From: Rhodocyclaceae bacterium
GTDB taxonomy: Bacteria; Pseudomonadota; Gammaproteobacteria; Burkholderiales; Rhodocyclaceae
Length of the DNA stretch: 32,000 bases
Assembly (NCBI GenBank): GCA_041674785.1
Contig: JBAYVG010000012.1
Location: 1-32,000, forward strand
Reading direction: 5' to 3'
Shown: piece after piece, positions 20,362-28,074 of the stretch
How positions within the stretch are numbered: position 1 is the first letter of the stretch
Layout of the letters: each line of letters starts with the position of its first letter
Notes under the pieces: generated by a model
Told to the model about the DNA's origin: nothing
Databases searched by the model: none
Seen by the model: only the letters and a program-made list of their open reading frames with translations
Made by a program: the position numbers and the translations under genes

Positions 20362-20973
20362 ATGGCAGGCAAGGGGGGGATTCCGGAGCCAACCTGCGAG
20401 CTTGAACAGTGGGTGCTGGCTGAACTTGCCCGGCGGCAGCGCAGTGGTGAGAGCGTTTCCGCGTTGCTGGTTGGCGCTGGTGCCGAAACGCAGGCGCTGC
20501 GCATGGCTGAGGCCGGTGCGCGGGTATTGCTGCTTTCCGACCGGGAGACGATCTCCCATTGCAATATTTCCCAACTGCCCGTTGCAACCCTCGCCGACGA
20601 GGCCGCCGAATTGCCGTTCGCCCCCTTCGACATCATTCTCAGCCAGCGCAACTTCAGCACACTGCGCTACGACGCAGCCCGAGCGGCATTGCGCCAGGCC
20701 ATCCGGCGTCTGCGGATCGGTGGCAAGCTCTTTATTTCGCTCTATGGCATCCACTCCGATCTGGGCGACAACTATCCCGATGGAGGGAAGCTGGTCAACG
20801 AACGATTGGCACCCGTAGCCCCTGAGGCGGGCAAACGTTATGGCCTGACCGAACCGGTCTGTCTCTACGCCGAGCGCAACCTTTTTTCGCTGCTGATGGA
20901 AGCCGGTGCCGCCGTGCTGAAGACATCAACCAGCGCCCTCGGCCACGTCCGTGGCGTCGCTGCCCGAATCTAA
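20362..20973 (+). CDS. Hypothetical protein, possibly a Rossmann-fold SAM-dependent methyltransferase-like protein
   Basis: 203 aa. The segments LLVGAGAETQALRMAEAGARVLLLSD and LRIGGKLFISLYG loosely resemble methyltransferase motifs I and post-III. The similarity is weak. Confidence 0.4.
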   Translation: MAGKGGIPEPTCELEQWVLAELARRQRSGESVSALLVGAGAETQALRMAEAGARVLLLSDRETISHCNISQLPVATLADEAAELPFAPFDIILSQRNFSTLRYDAARAALRQAIRRLRIGGKLFISLYGIHSDLGDNYPDGGKLVNERLAPVAPEAGKRYGLTEPVCLYAERNLFSLLMEAGAAVLKTSTSALGHVRGVAARI

Positions 20974-21053
20974 CTGCGTCGGGGTAGCAGGGGCAAACGC
21001 CGGCTGCGGTAGAATGCGGCATCGCAACATTTCGGTCTTCCACCCCGCCCATC

Positions 21054-21707
21054 ATGTCTGACCTCCAGCACCTCTTCGAAAAAAATCGTGAATGGTCCAG
21101 CGGTATCCGCAAGGACGACCCGGAGTTTTTCGAGCGCCTTTCCCGCCTGCAGGCCCCTGAATATCTCTGGATCGGCTGCTCCGATTCGCGCGTGCCGGCC
21201 AACCAGATCGCCGGCCTGCTGCCGGGCGAGGTCTTCGTGCACCGCAACATCGCCAATCAGGTTGTGCATAGCGACCTCAACTGCCTGTCGGTGCTTCAAT
21301 ATGGTGTTGATGCCCTGCGCGTCAAACACATCCTGGTCGTCGGCCATTATGGTTGCGGTGGCGTCAAGGCGGCTCACGGCAACCTGCGCCTGGGGCTGGT
21401 CGACAACTGGCTGCGCCACATTCAGGACGTGAAGCAGAAACACGCTGCCAGCCTGGCTGCAATCAGCAGCGAAACCTCGGTAATCGACCGCCTTTGTGAG
21501 CTTAACGTCATCGAACAAGTGCTCAACGTCTGCCAAACAACCGTCGTGCAGGAAGCCTGGAATCGCGGCCAGAACCTGACCATCCACGGCTGGATTTTCG
21601 GACTTACCGATGGTCTGGTGCGCGATCTGGGTATTTCAATCGACGCCCCCGGCAACGTGCAGGCCATCTACGAGAAGGCTTTGCTGGCGCTGGAACCCTC
21701 GGCCTGA
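21054..21707 (+). CDS. can: Beta-class carbonic anhydrase
   Basis: 217 aa: LWIGCSDSRVPANQI (Zn Cys, Asp-Arg dyad), FVHRNIANQV, VVGHYGCGGV (His/Cys Zn ligands). Colinear with E. coli Can. Confidence 0.9.
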   Translation: MSDLQHLFEKNREWSSGIRKDDPEFFERLSRLQAPEYLWIGCSDSRVPANQIAGLLPGEVFVHRNIANQVVHSDLNCLSVLQYGVDALRVKHILVVGHYGCGGVKAAHGNLRLGLVDNWLRHIQDVKQKHAASLAAISSETSVIDRLCELNVIEQVLNVCQTTVVQEAWNRGQNLTIHGWIFGLTDGLVRDLGISIDAPGNVQAIYEKALLALEPSA

Positions 21708-21708
21708 A

Positions 21709-22602
21709 ATGCGCATCGGGGTCGACCTCGGCGGTAGCAAGATCGAAGTTGCGGCCTTCAACGGCCTGAGTGCGCTTGCCCGCCGGCGCATCGCCACCCC
21801 GCAGGGCGATTACCTGGGCACGGTGATGGCCGTCGCCGGGCTGGTGGAAGCCATCGAAAACGAACTCGGCCAACGCGGCACGGTGGGTATCGGTATCCCC
21901 GGTACCGAATCGGCACAGACCGGCCTGATCAAGAACGCCAACTCCACCTGCCTGATCGGCAAGCCGCTGAAACGCGACCTGCAAGCCATGCTCCAGCGTG
22001 AAGTCCGGCTGGCCAACGACGCCAACTGCTTCGCTCTTTCGGAAGCCATCGATGGCGCAGGGCAGGGGGCCGAAACGGTGTTCGGTGTCATCCTCGGTAC
22101 CGGCGTCGGCGGCGGCATCGTTATTCGTGAGCAAGTACTCACCGGTGCCAACGGCATTGCTGGCGAATGGGGGCACAACGCGCTGCCGAACCCGAGTGCA
22201 GCCGAACTGGCCGGCCCCGCCTGCTATTGCGGCCGCAGCGGCTGTGTCGAAACCTGGCTGTCCGGGCCGGGCATGCAGCGCGACCACCTCGCCGTTACCG
22301 GCAATACAGCGGACCCGGCAAGCATCGCCGCCAGCGCGGCGGCGGGCGATGCCGCCTGCCAAGCCACGTTGCAGCGCTACGCAGAACGGCTGGCCCGGGC
22401 GCTGGCCGTGGTCATCAACATCCTCGACCCGCAGGTGATCGTGCTCGGCGGCGGCCTGTCGAACATTGACCACCTCTACGACGCAGTCCCCCGCCTGTGG
22501 CTGCCGCATGTCTTTTCCGACCACATCGCCACCCGCCTGAAGAAGCATCGCCACGGCGATGCATCCGGCGTGCGCGGCGCGGCCTGGCTGTGGGGTGAAT
22601 GA
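21709..22602 (+). CDS. nagK: ROK-family N-acetylglucosamine kinase
   Basis: MRIGVDLGGSKIEV, VGIGIPG, VRLANDANCFALSEA, ILGTGVGGGIV, EWGHN, CYCGRSGCVETWLSG (Zn Cys motif), VLGGGLSN and HGDASGVRGAA are all colinear with E. coli NagK. The start is 1 nt after the can stop. Confidence 0.85.
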   Translation: MRIGVDLGGSKIEVAAFNGLSALARRRIATPQGDYLGTVMAVAGLVEAIENELGQRGTVGIGIPGTESAQTGLIKNANSTCLIGKPLKRDLQAMLQREVRLANDANCFALSEAIDGAGQGAETVFGVILGTGVGGGIVIREQVLTGANGIAGEWGHNALPNPSAAELAGPACYCGRSGCVETWLSGPGMQRDHLAVTGNTADPASIAASAAAGDAACQATLQRYAERLARALAVVINILDPQVIVLGGGLSNIDHLYDAVPRLWLPHVFSDHIATRLKKHRHGDASGVRGAAWLWGE

Positions 22603-22613
22603 TGGAGACCGTT

Positions 22614-22748
22614 TTAACCACGAAGATCTCGAAGGACACGAAGAAAAGACCAAACCTTTTCGATTACCGTCCATTCGTTTGCGAAGAGAATGAACCGGCA
22701 ATTTTTTCTTTGTTTTTCCTTCGTGATCTTCGTGCCCATCGTGGTTAA
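22614..22748. repeat. MITE-like element, cleanest copy (135 bp, TTAACCAC...GTGGTTAA ends, 3 x 9-bp-phased CGAAG units per arm)
   Basis: Left arm is 22614-22648 with CGAAG at 22621, 22630 and 22639. Right arm is 22713-22748 with CTTCGTG at 22719 and 22728 and CATCGTG at 22737. The arms are inverted. The element fills the nagK-MOSC intergenic space and ends 14 nt before the MOSC ATG. Confidence 0.7.
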
Positions 22749-22762
22749 TTGAATTTTAGAAA

Positions 22763-23452
22763 ATGAACAACACCCGCCTCTTTACCGGCACCCCGGTCCG
22801 CATCGACGATGAAGGCCAGTTCAGTGCCATCTGGAAAGAGCCGCTGACCGGGCCGGTGCGCATCACCCGCGAAGGCTTGGCCGGTGACGTGCAGGCCGAC
22901 CGGCGCGTACACGGTGGCCCGGAGAAAGCCGTGCATCACTATGCCGGCGAAAACTACGCCAGGCTGGCGGCGGCTTTCCCGCAGATCGCCGAAACGCTGG
23001 TCGTCGGCAGCATCGGCGAGAACATCTCGACTTTCGGCCTCGACGAGACAAAAGTCTGCATCGGCGACATTTTCCGCATAGGCTCGGCACTGCTGCAGGT
23101 GTCGCAACCGCGCCGGCCATGCTGGAAGATCGACAGCCGCTACGGTCAGAAGGGCATCACTGCGCACATCGTCGAAACCGGCCTGACCGGCTGGTATTAC
23201 CGGGTGCTGGAAGAGGGCGAAGCAGCTCCGGGAGACGACTTCGAACACCTCGAACGACCAGCCGGCGCCGTCTTGCTCGATACCCTGTGGACCACCTGGC
23301 ACTGCCATCGGCCGGATACCGACAAGCTGGCGGCCATTGCCGAGGCCCCCGGCCTGACCCCGGCCTGGGTAAAGAAGATCTGCGACCGACTCGACTGGCT
23401 GGCGGCCAATACCGGCACGATCGCCAGCTCTCCCGGCAGCGGCCAGCGCTGA
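22763..23452 (+). CDS. MOSC domain protein (YiiM-like)
   Basis: 229 aa. GLAGDVQADRRVHGGPEKAVHHY and LLQVSQPRRPCWKI (conserved Cys) are colinear with E. coli YiiM. Confidence 0.85.
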   Translation: MNNTRLFTGTPVRIDDEGQFSAIWKEPLTGPVRITREGLAGDVQADRRVHGGPEKAVHHYAGENYARLAAAFPQIAETLVVGSIGENISTFGLDETKVCIGDIFRIGSALLQVSQPRRPCWKIDSRYGQKGITAHIVETGLTGWYYRVLEEGEAAPGDDFEHLERPAGAVLLDTLWTTWHCHRPDTDKLAAIAEAPGLTPAWVKKICDRLDWLAANTGTIASSPGSGQR

Positions 23453-24678
23453 TGCCGCTGTACAAGCTGTTTTTGCCCTTTGCCGGGGCTTACTTCCTTT
23501 CCTATTTTTTCCGCTCGGCCAATGCCGTCATCGGGCCGGAGCTGGCGCGCGACCTCGGGCTTTCGGCCGGCGACCTCGGCCTCTTGACCAGTACCTACCT
23601 GCTCAGTTTCTGCCTGGCACAACTGCCGCTGGGCATGCTGCTCGACCGCTTTGGCGCCCGTCGCGTCGAATCGGCACTGCTGCTTTTTGCCGCCCTCGGC
23701 GCGCTGCTTTTTGCCCTGGCCGAGAGCATGGCCGGGCTGGCGGCGGCCCGGGCAATTATCGGCCTCGGTGTCTCGGCCTGCCTGATGGCCGCCTTCAAGG
23801 CTTTTTCGCAAGCCTATCCACCCGACCGGCAGGCCTCGCTGACCGGCTGGATGATGACCTCCGGCGGCCTCGGGGCACTGGCCGCCACCGCCCCGCTGGA
23901 AGCGCTGCTGCACTTCGCCGGCTGGCGCGAGATCTTTTTCGTGCTGGCGGCGGCAACGCTGGCATCGGCCGCCTGGCTGTTCTTCGGCATCGCGGACAAA
24001 CCGATGAATTCCGCCCACCCGACCCATCCAGCAGAGGGTTTCGCGGCGCAATGGCGCGGCGTGCGGCAGATCGTCGCCAGCCGCCACTTCTGGCGTTTTG
24101 CTCCGCTTGGACTGACGATGACTGGCGGCTTCATGGCCGTGCAGGGCTTGTGGTCCATGGTCTGGCTGATGCAGGTGAACGGCTATTCGCGCGCCGAAGC
24201 GGCCGATCATCTGGCGGTGATGAGCATCGCCATGCTGTTTACCTACATCGGCATCGGTCTACTCGCCACGCGCCTGGCCCACCGGGGAATCCCACCCGTT
24301 CGGCTATTTGCCGGCGGCGTTGGCCTGTCGATCGTGATGCTCGGGTTGATCGCCGGCGAGGTGCTGCCGGCGACCCGCCTGCTGTGGATCGCCTACGGCC
24401 TGTGTGCCGGCTTTGGCACCCTCGGCTACTCGCAGACTGCTGCTGGTTTTCCGCTGCATCTGGCCGGCCGGGCAACGACCACCTACAACCTGATGGTCTT
24501 TGCCGGTGGCTTCGGTGCCCAGTGGGGCATGGGGCTGCTGATCGACCTGCTGACGGGGCAGGGGATGCTTGAAGCCAACGCCCTGCGGGTGGTTTTCGGC
24601 CTCTTGCTGGCACTGCAGATTGCGGCCTTCGGCTGGTTCATGTTCACCCGACGCCCGACGCCCGCCCCGTCTCCCTGA
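23452..24678 (+). CDS. MFS transporter (unknown substrate)
   Basis: ATG at 23452 overlaps the MOSC stop (TGATG). Begins MPLYKLFLPFAGAYFLSYFFRSANAVIGPELARDLGLS, has the MLLDRFGARRV loop motif, 12 TM segments, 408 aa. Confidence 0.8.
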   Translation: MPLYKLFLPFAGAYFLSYFFRSANAVIGPELARDLGLSAGDLGLLTSTYLLSFCLAQLPLGMLLDRFGARRVESALLLFAALGALLFALAESMAGLAAARAIIGLGVSACLMAAFKAFSQAYPPDRQASLTGWMMTSGGLGALAATAPLEALLHFAGWREIFFVLAAATLASAAWLFFGIADKPMNSAHPTHPAEGFAAQWRGVRQIVASRHFWRFAPLGLTMTGGFMAVQGLWSMVWLMQVNGYSRAEAADHLAVMSIAMLFTYIGIGLLATRLAHRGIPPVRLFAGGVGLSIVMLGLIAGEVLPATRLLWIAYGLCAGFGTLGYSQTAAGFPLHLAGRATTTYNLMVFAGGFGAQWGMGLLIDLLTGQGMLEANALRVVFGLLLALQIAAFGWFMFTRRPTPAPSP

Positions 24679-24740
24679 CCGTTCGCCCCCGCCCAACGGC
24701 GCATCACTGCAGCCGTAAATCTGATGTAATAGCGCGGCCG

Positions 24741-24904
24741 TCAATTGAACCGGGGAAATCCGGTCAACCACGGAGAGCACGAAGTTTACGAAGAGAAACA
24801 ATAGGTTGAAACAGCCATTACCGTCACTTCCTCGGTGATTGCTGACATCTCGTGTATTTGCCTGGATTTCTTCGTGCGCTTCGTGGCCTTCGTGGTTTGA
24901 ATTG
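24741..24904. repeat. MITE-like element, third copy (same family as 6587-6852, opposite orientation)
   Basis: Left arm is 24764-24798 with CACGGAG, CACGAAG and TACGAAG in 9-bp phase (24769, 24778, 24787). Right arm is 24867-24904 with CTTCGTG at 24870, 24879 and 24888, followed by GTTTGAATTG. The interior GGTTGAAACAGCC is the complement of GGCTGTTTCAAC at 6799-6810. Confidence 0.7.
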
Positions 24905-24945
24905 CGGTTTTTTAGTTTGAAACATCCCGGACAGCTATCGATGCC

Positions 24946-26124
24946 TTGCCGAAACTCCCTGCTGAGCGCGCTGTGGAACTGATCAACCCGCGCACCTTCC
25001 TGATCGTTGCCAATCTGCTCGGCCTGCTTTGCGCGCTGGTGCTGTGGGTGCAGGCACGCAGCTTCCCGGCCGACATCGAGGGGCTGCGCGACTGGGCCAA
25101 GGCGGTCGTGCTGATGGGTTGCGCCTCGGGCCTGGCCTCGCTGCGCGGCTTTATTCCCGACGGGGTTTCCATCGTGCTCGCCAGCGGCATGCTGCTGCTC
25201 GGCGAACTGCTGCTGGTCTTTGGCCTTTTGCGCTACACCGGTCGCAAACCGCACTGGCGCCCGGCCATCGATGCCATCATCGGGCTCATCGTCCTGCTCA
25301 CCTGGCTGACCTATGGCAGCCATAGTTATCAGGGCCGCATCTTCATCATGTCGCTGGCCCACATCACCCTCTTCTCGCTCGGTGCGTGGCTGGCCTGGCA
25401 GGTCAAACCGACCGGTTTCGGCAGCCGTTTCCTGACGGCTGCTTTCGTCTTGGGAGTCGCTGCCGCCGTGTGGCGACTGGCGACGCTGTCGATGAACGTA
25501 ACCGAGGCCGATGAAGTTTTTGACCGCAGCCTGATCCAGCAGATCTATCTCGGTGCTTTTTCGCTCGGCATCCTCGGCCTCTCGATCGGCTTCATCATCA
25601 TCGCCAACGAGCGCTTGCGCGAGGAACTGGAGTACCTGGCCACGCGCGACCCAATGACCGGCGCCCTCAACCGGCGCGCCTTCTTCGCCCGCGCCGATGT
25701 CGAGTGGGCGCGCTCGGCCCGTTCGCAGCGACCGCTGGCAGTGATCGCCTCGGATATCGATTTCTTCAAGAAGGTGAACGACACCTTCGGCCACCATGTC
25801 GGCGACCTCGTGATCAAGGACTACGCCAACCGAGCCGGCCACATGCTGCGTCTGCCCGATATCCTGGCCCGTTTCGGCGGCGAGGAATTCGTCATCCTGC
25901 TGCCGGATACGGGCATGAAGGAAGCCTGCCAGGTCGCCGAGCGCATCCGTAAGGAAGCGGAGAAGCGCCAGGACAAAAACCTGCCGCCCTTCACCGTCAG
26001 CCTCGGTGTCGCCGTCGCCAACACCGGTCAGGGCGATTTTCCCGATCTCGCCGCCTTGCTCGCCCATGCCGATGCGGCGCTTTACAAGGCCAAGCAGGGG
26101 GGACGGAATCGGGTGGAGCGTTAA
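24946..26124 (+). CDS. Membrane-anchored GGDEF diguanylate cyclase (6-7 TM N-terminal domain)
   Basis: C-terminal GGDEF domain: DPMTGALNRRAF, DIDFFKKVNDTFGH, RFGGEEF active site with RLPD (RxxD I-site) 5 residues upstream, and ALYKAKQGGRNRV. The start is uncertain (TTG 24946 or GTG 24973). Confidence 0.85.
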   Translation: MPKLPAERAVELINPRTFLIVANLLGLLCALVLWVQARSFPADIEGLRDWAKAVVLMGCASGLASLRGFIPDGVSIVLASGMLLLGELLLVFGLLRYTGRKPHWRPAIDAIIGLIVLLTWLTYGSHSYQGRIFIMSLAHITLFSLGAWLAWQVKPTGFGSRFLTAAFVLGVAAAVWRLATLSMNVTEADEVFDRSLIQQIYLGAFSLGILGLSIGFIIIANERLREELEYLATRDPMTGALNRRAFFARADVEWARSARSQRPLAVIASDIDFFKKVNDTFGHHVGDLVIKDYANRAGHMLRLPDILARFGGEEFVILLPDTGMKEACQVAERIRKEAEKRQDKNLPPFTVSLGVAVANTGQGDFPDLAALLAHADAALYKAKQGGRNRVER

Positions 26125-26249
26125 ACCGGATCAGGCCCTATTTCAGTGGCGCAATTTGCAATGTTTTTACACACCACCAGTATCGGCAAGGATTCTCACC
26201 AAAAATGGTTGGCGTAATTTGCACGATTGTTGCCTGAGCGAGGCTCGAC

Positions 26250-26993
26250 TCAAGGCTGCCGCCGCTGCATATCGGCCAGCGCGGCCATCAGCCAGGAGCG
26301 CATGCCGATTACGATGGTGTAGGGTCGGCGCTGGTTAGCGGGCAATTTCTGGTCGGCAAGATGCTGGTTGGAAAAATCCTGGCCGATACGGGTCAGCCGC
26401 TCGCGGAAAGAGTTGGCCAGTCCGCGCCCGATTTCTCCGTGCACCACCATCAGCATTTCCGACTCGCCATCAAAGCCGCCACCAAAGTAATCGTGCAGCA
26501 CTTCCTTGCGGAAAAAATCCATGACCGGCCCCTGCGGTAGCCAGCGGAATCCCTTGGCCACCTTCAGCCGGTAGCGGTTGCCGGGGCGCAGGTCGATGAT
26601 GCCGAGGCGGTCCAGCTGGGTCAGGCTGCGCACCAGCTCGGCTTCGCTCAGCTCGTAGGTGGCGAGGATTTCCTCGGCCGGCAACTGGCTGAGGACGCAG
26701 ATAGCGACGATCAGCAACTTGCGGTCAGCAACTACCGCCTTCTCCTGCGCCAAGGTCAGTTCGAGCAGCAAGGGCTGCGTATCGGCAACGCGACGAGCGA
26801 GGTCGGCGAAATCCATATTGAGTACACGGCAGATTTCGTCGATACGCGAGACCGGCATGTCACCGCTTTTCGAGAACATGCGCTTGACGCTGGATTCGGC
26901 CATGCCGAGGCGTTCCGCCAGTGCGGCGTAGGTGATGCCGGCGGTTCTGAGTTCGGTCTTGAGCAAGGTGATGAGATCGGCGGTAGTGCTCAT
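26250..26993 (-). CDS. XRE-family helix-turn-helix transcriptional regulator with a ~170-aa C-terminal domain
   Basis: ATG at 26993 gives MSTTADLITLLKTELRTAGITYAALAERLGMAESSVKRMFS (HTH_3-like). Divergent from the yiaAB-like operon. Confidence 0.75.
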   Translation of the reverse strand: MSTTADLITLLKTELRTAGITYAALAERLGMAESSVKRMFSKSGDMPVSRIDEICRVLNMDFADLARRVADTQPLLLELTLAQEKAVVADRKLLIVAICVLSQLPAEEILATYELSEAELVRSLTQLDRLGIIDLRPGNRYRLKVAKGFRWLPQGPVMDFFRKEVLHDYFGGGFDGESEMLMVVHGEIGRGLANSFRERLTRIGQDFSNQHLADQKLPANQRRPYTIVIGMRSWLMAALADMQRRQP

Positions 26994-27014
26994 GGCGCAA
27001 GTTCTCCAGAAAAA

Positions 27015-27033
27015 AGTATCCGCAAACGATACT
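27015..27033. promoter_or_regulatory. Candidate operator palindrome in the regulator/yiaAB divergent region
   Basis: AGTATC-CGCAAAC-GATACT (perfect 6-bp arms) lies 22 nt upstream of the regulator ATG. A second small palindrome, GTGC-AAAA-GCAC, is at 27043-27054. Confidence 0.35.
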
Positions 27034-27136
27034 ACATGGTGCGTGCAAAAGCACATAAGTCACCCTGTTTGTACTGTCGTTTTCCCTTGTCCATGATCAG
27101 GCCGTCGTTCAACAAAACAACCACGGAGCAAACATC

Positions 27137-27598
27137 ATGGAAAACACCGAGCACTCGATTCGCATCGTTCAACGTGACACCCGCGCCTGGCGTTCGCAGG
27201 TCTGGATTTCCTTCGGCCTTGCCGTTTTGATCTGTGGCACCGGGCTGGCCTGGCTGCCCGGCGCCGATCTCGACCGTGCCTTCATGGTCATGGGCTACAT
27301 CTTCTGCCTGTCGTCGGCCTTCGCGCTCTCCAAATACGTGCGCGACAACGCCCTTTCTCCGGCCGACACACCGATGTGGTCGATGGTGGTCTGGGGTGGA
27401 TTTGCGCTGGCCATGGGGCTGACGGCCTGGGGGCTGTGGCGAATGGAGATCAACCCGACCTGGAAGGCTTATCTGGTAGTGAGCTGGCTGTTCCTGATTT
27501 CCTCCGCCTTCACGCTGGCCAAGACGCTGCGTGATGCCTACGAAGCGGACCGCCTCGACCGGGTAGAGCGCATCACGGCCAACGGCGAATCGCACTGA
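27137..27598 (+). CDS. YiaA/YiaB family inner-membrane protein
   Basis: 153 aa with two repeats of the two-helix YiaAB module (MGYIFCLSSAFALSKYVRD and YLVVSWLFLISSAFTLAKTLRD), colinear with E. coli YiaA. Confidence 0.75.
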   Translation: MENTEHSIRIVQRDTRAWRSQVWISFGLAVLICGTGLAWLPGADLDRAFMVMGYIFCLSSAFALSKYVRDNALSPADTPMWSMVVWGGFALAMGLTAWGLWRMEINPTWKAYLVVSWLFLISSAFTLAKTLRDAYEADRLDRVERITANGESH

Positions 27599-27624
27599 GC
27601 TGTCATCCACCTGGGAGATTACTC

Positions 27625-28074
27625 ATGAAACCCCTTGATCTGTCCCGTCGTAGCGCCCTGTTCGGTCTGCTGCTGGCCCCGGCCGCCGCGCTCATGCTGA
27701 CCCCGGCCCGTAGCGAAGCCCATGCCGGCGCCCCGGAAGCCAGCGCGGCCTCCAGCCTCTCGCTGTCCTTGCCGGTGGCGGTGCTGATCGCCGCATCGGT
27801 GATGTTTCTCAGTGCCGGCGCCGTGCTGATCGTCACTGCCGTCGAAGCTTCCGCCACCGGTACGGTCTGGGTTGTCCGCCGCGCCTCCGATGGCGCCACC
27901 GCCAGCCTGCGCTTTTCCGGGGAAGCCATCGGCGCTTCGGCGGTGGTCGCTGGTACGGCGATCTCGGTCACGGCCGCTGCCGCCGGCTGGCTGCTTTCAG
28001 TCGCTGGCGAAGTCCTGTGCCTGGTGCCGAACGCGCTGGGCGAATCGCTGCTCTACAACGAGCGGATCCGCTGA
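27625..28074 (+). CDS. Hypothetical Ala/Ser-rich protein with a Tat-like signal (SRRSALFGLL) and one TM segment
   Basis: GGGAGA RBS. Begins MKPLDLSRRSALFGLLLAPAAALMLTPARSEAHA, then a hydrophobic segment LPVAVLIAASVMFLSAGAVLIVTAV. The stop overlaps the next start (TGATG). High Ala content makes the coding call less certain. Confidence 0.55.
   Translation: MKPLDLSRRSALFGLLLAPAAALMLTPARSEAHAGAPEASAASSLSLSLPVAVLIAASVMFLSAGAVLIVTAVEASATGTVWVVRRASDGATASLRFSGEAIGASAVVAGTAISVTAAAAGWLLSVAGEVLCLVPNALGESLLYNERIR

Noticed and set aside
21010-21015. TAGAAT as a -10 box for the carbonic anhydrase gene
   Set aside because: There is no convincing -35 element at the proper spacing, so the evidence is too weak to list as a feature.
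16748-22701. Other long antisense ORFs (16748-17626 +, 18068-19114 -, 21604-22701 -) and 10544-11656 +
   Set aside because: Each is opposite a gene with strong family motifs (DUF1343, murB, nagK, Zn-ADH) and has an Arg/Gly/Ala/Pro-biased composition.
24304-26067. 587-aa minus-strand ORF spanning the MFS 3' end, repeat element 3 and the GGDEF gene
   Set aside because: It crosses an intergenic repeat, where it translates the CTTCGTG units as NHEGHEAHEE, and is antisense to two clear genes. It is not coding.
26147-26160. TGGCGCAATTTGCA as a sigma54 promoter
   Set aside because: The GG and GC dinucleotides are separated by 8 nt instead of the required 10, and there is no downstream gene in either orientation.
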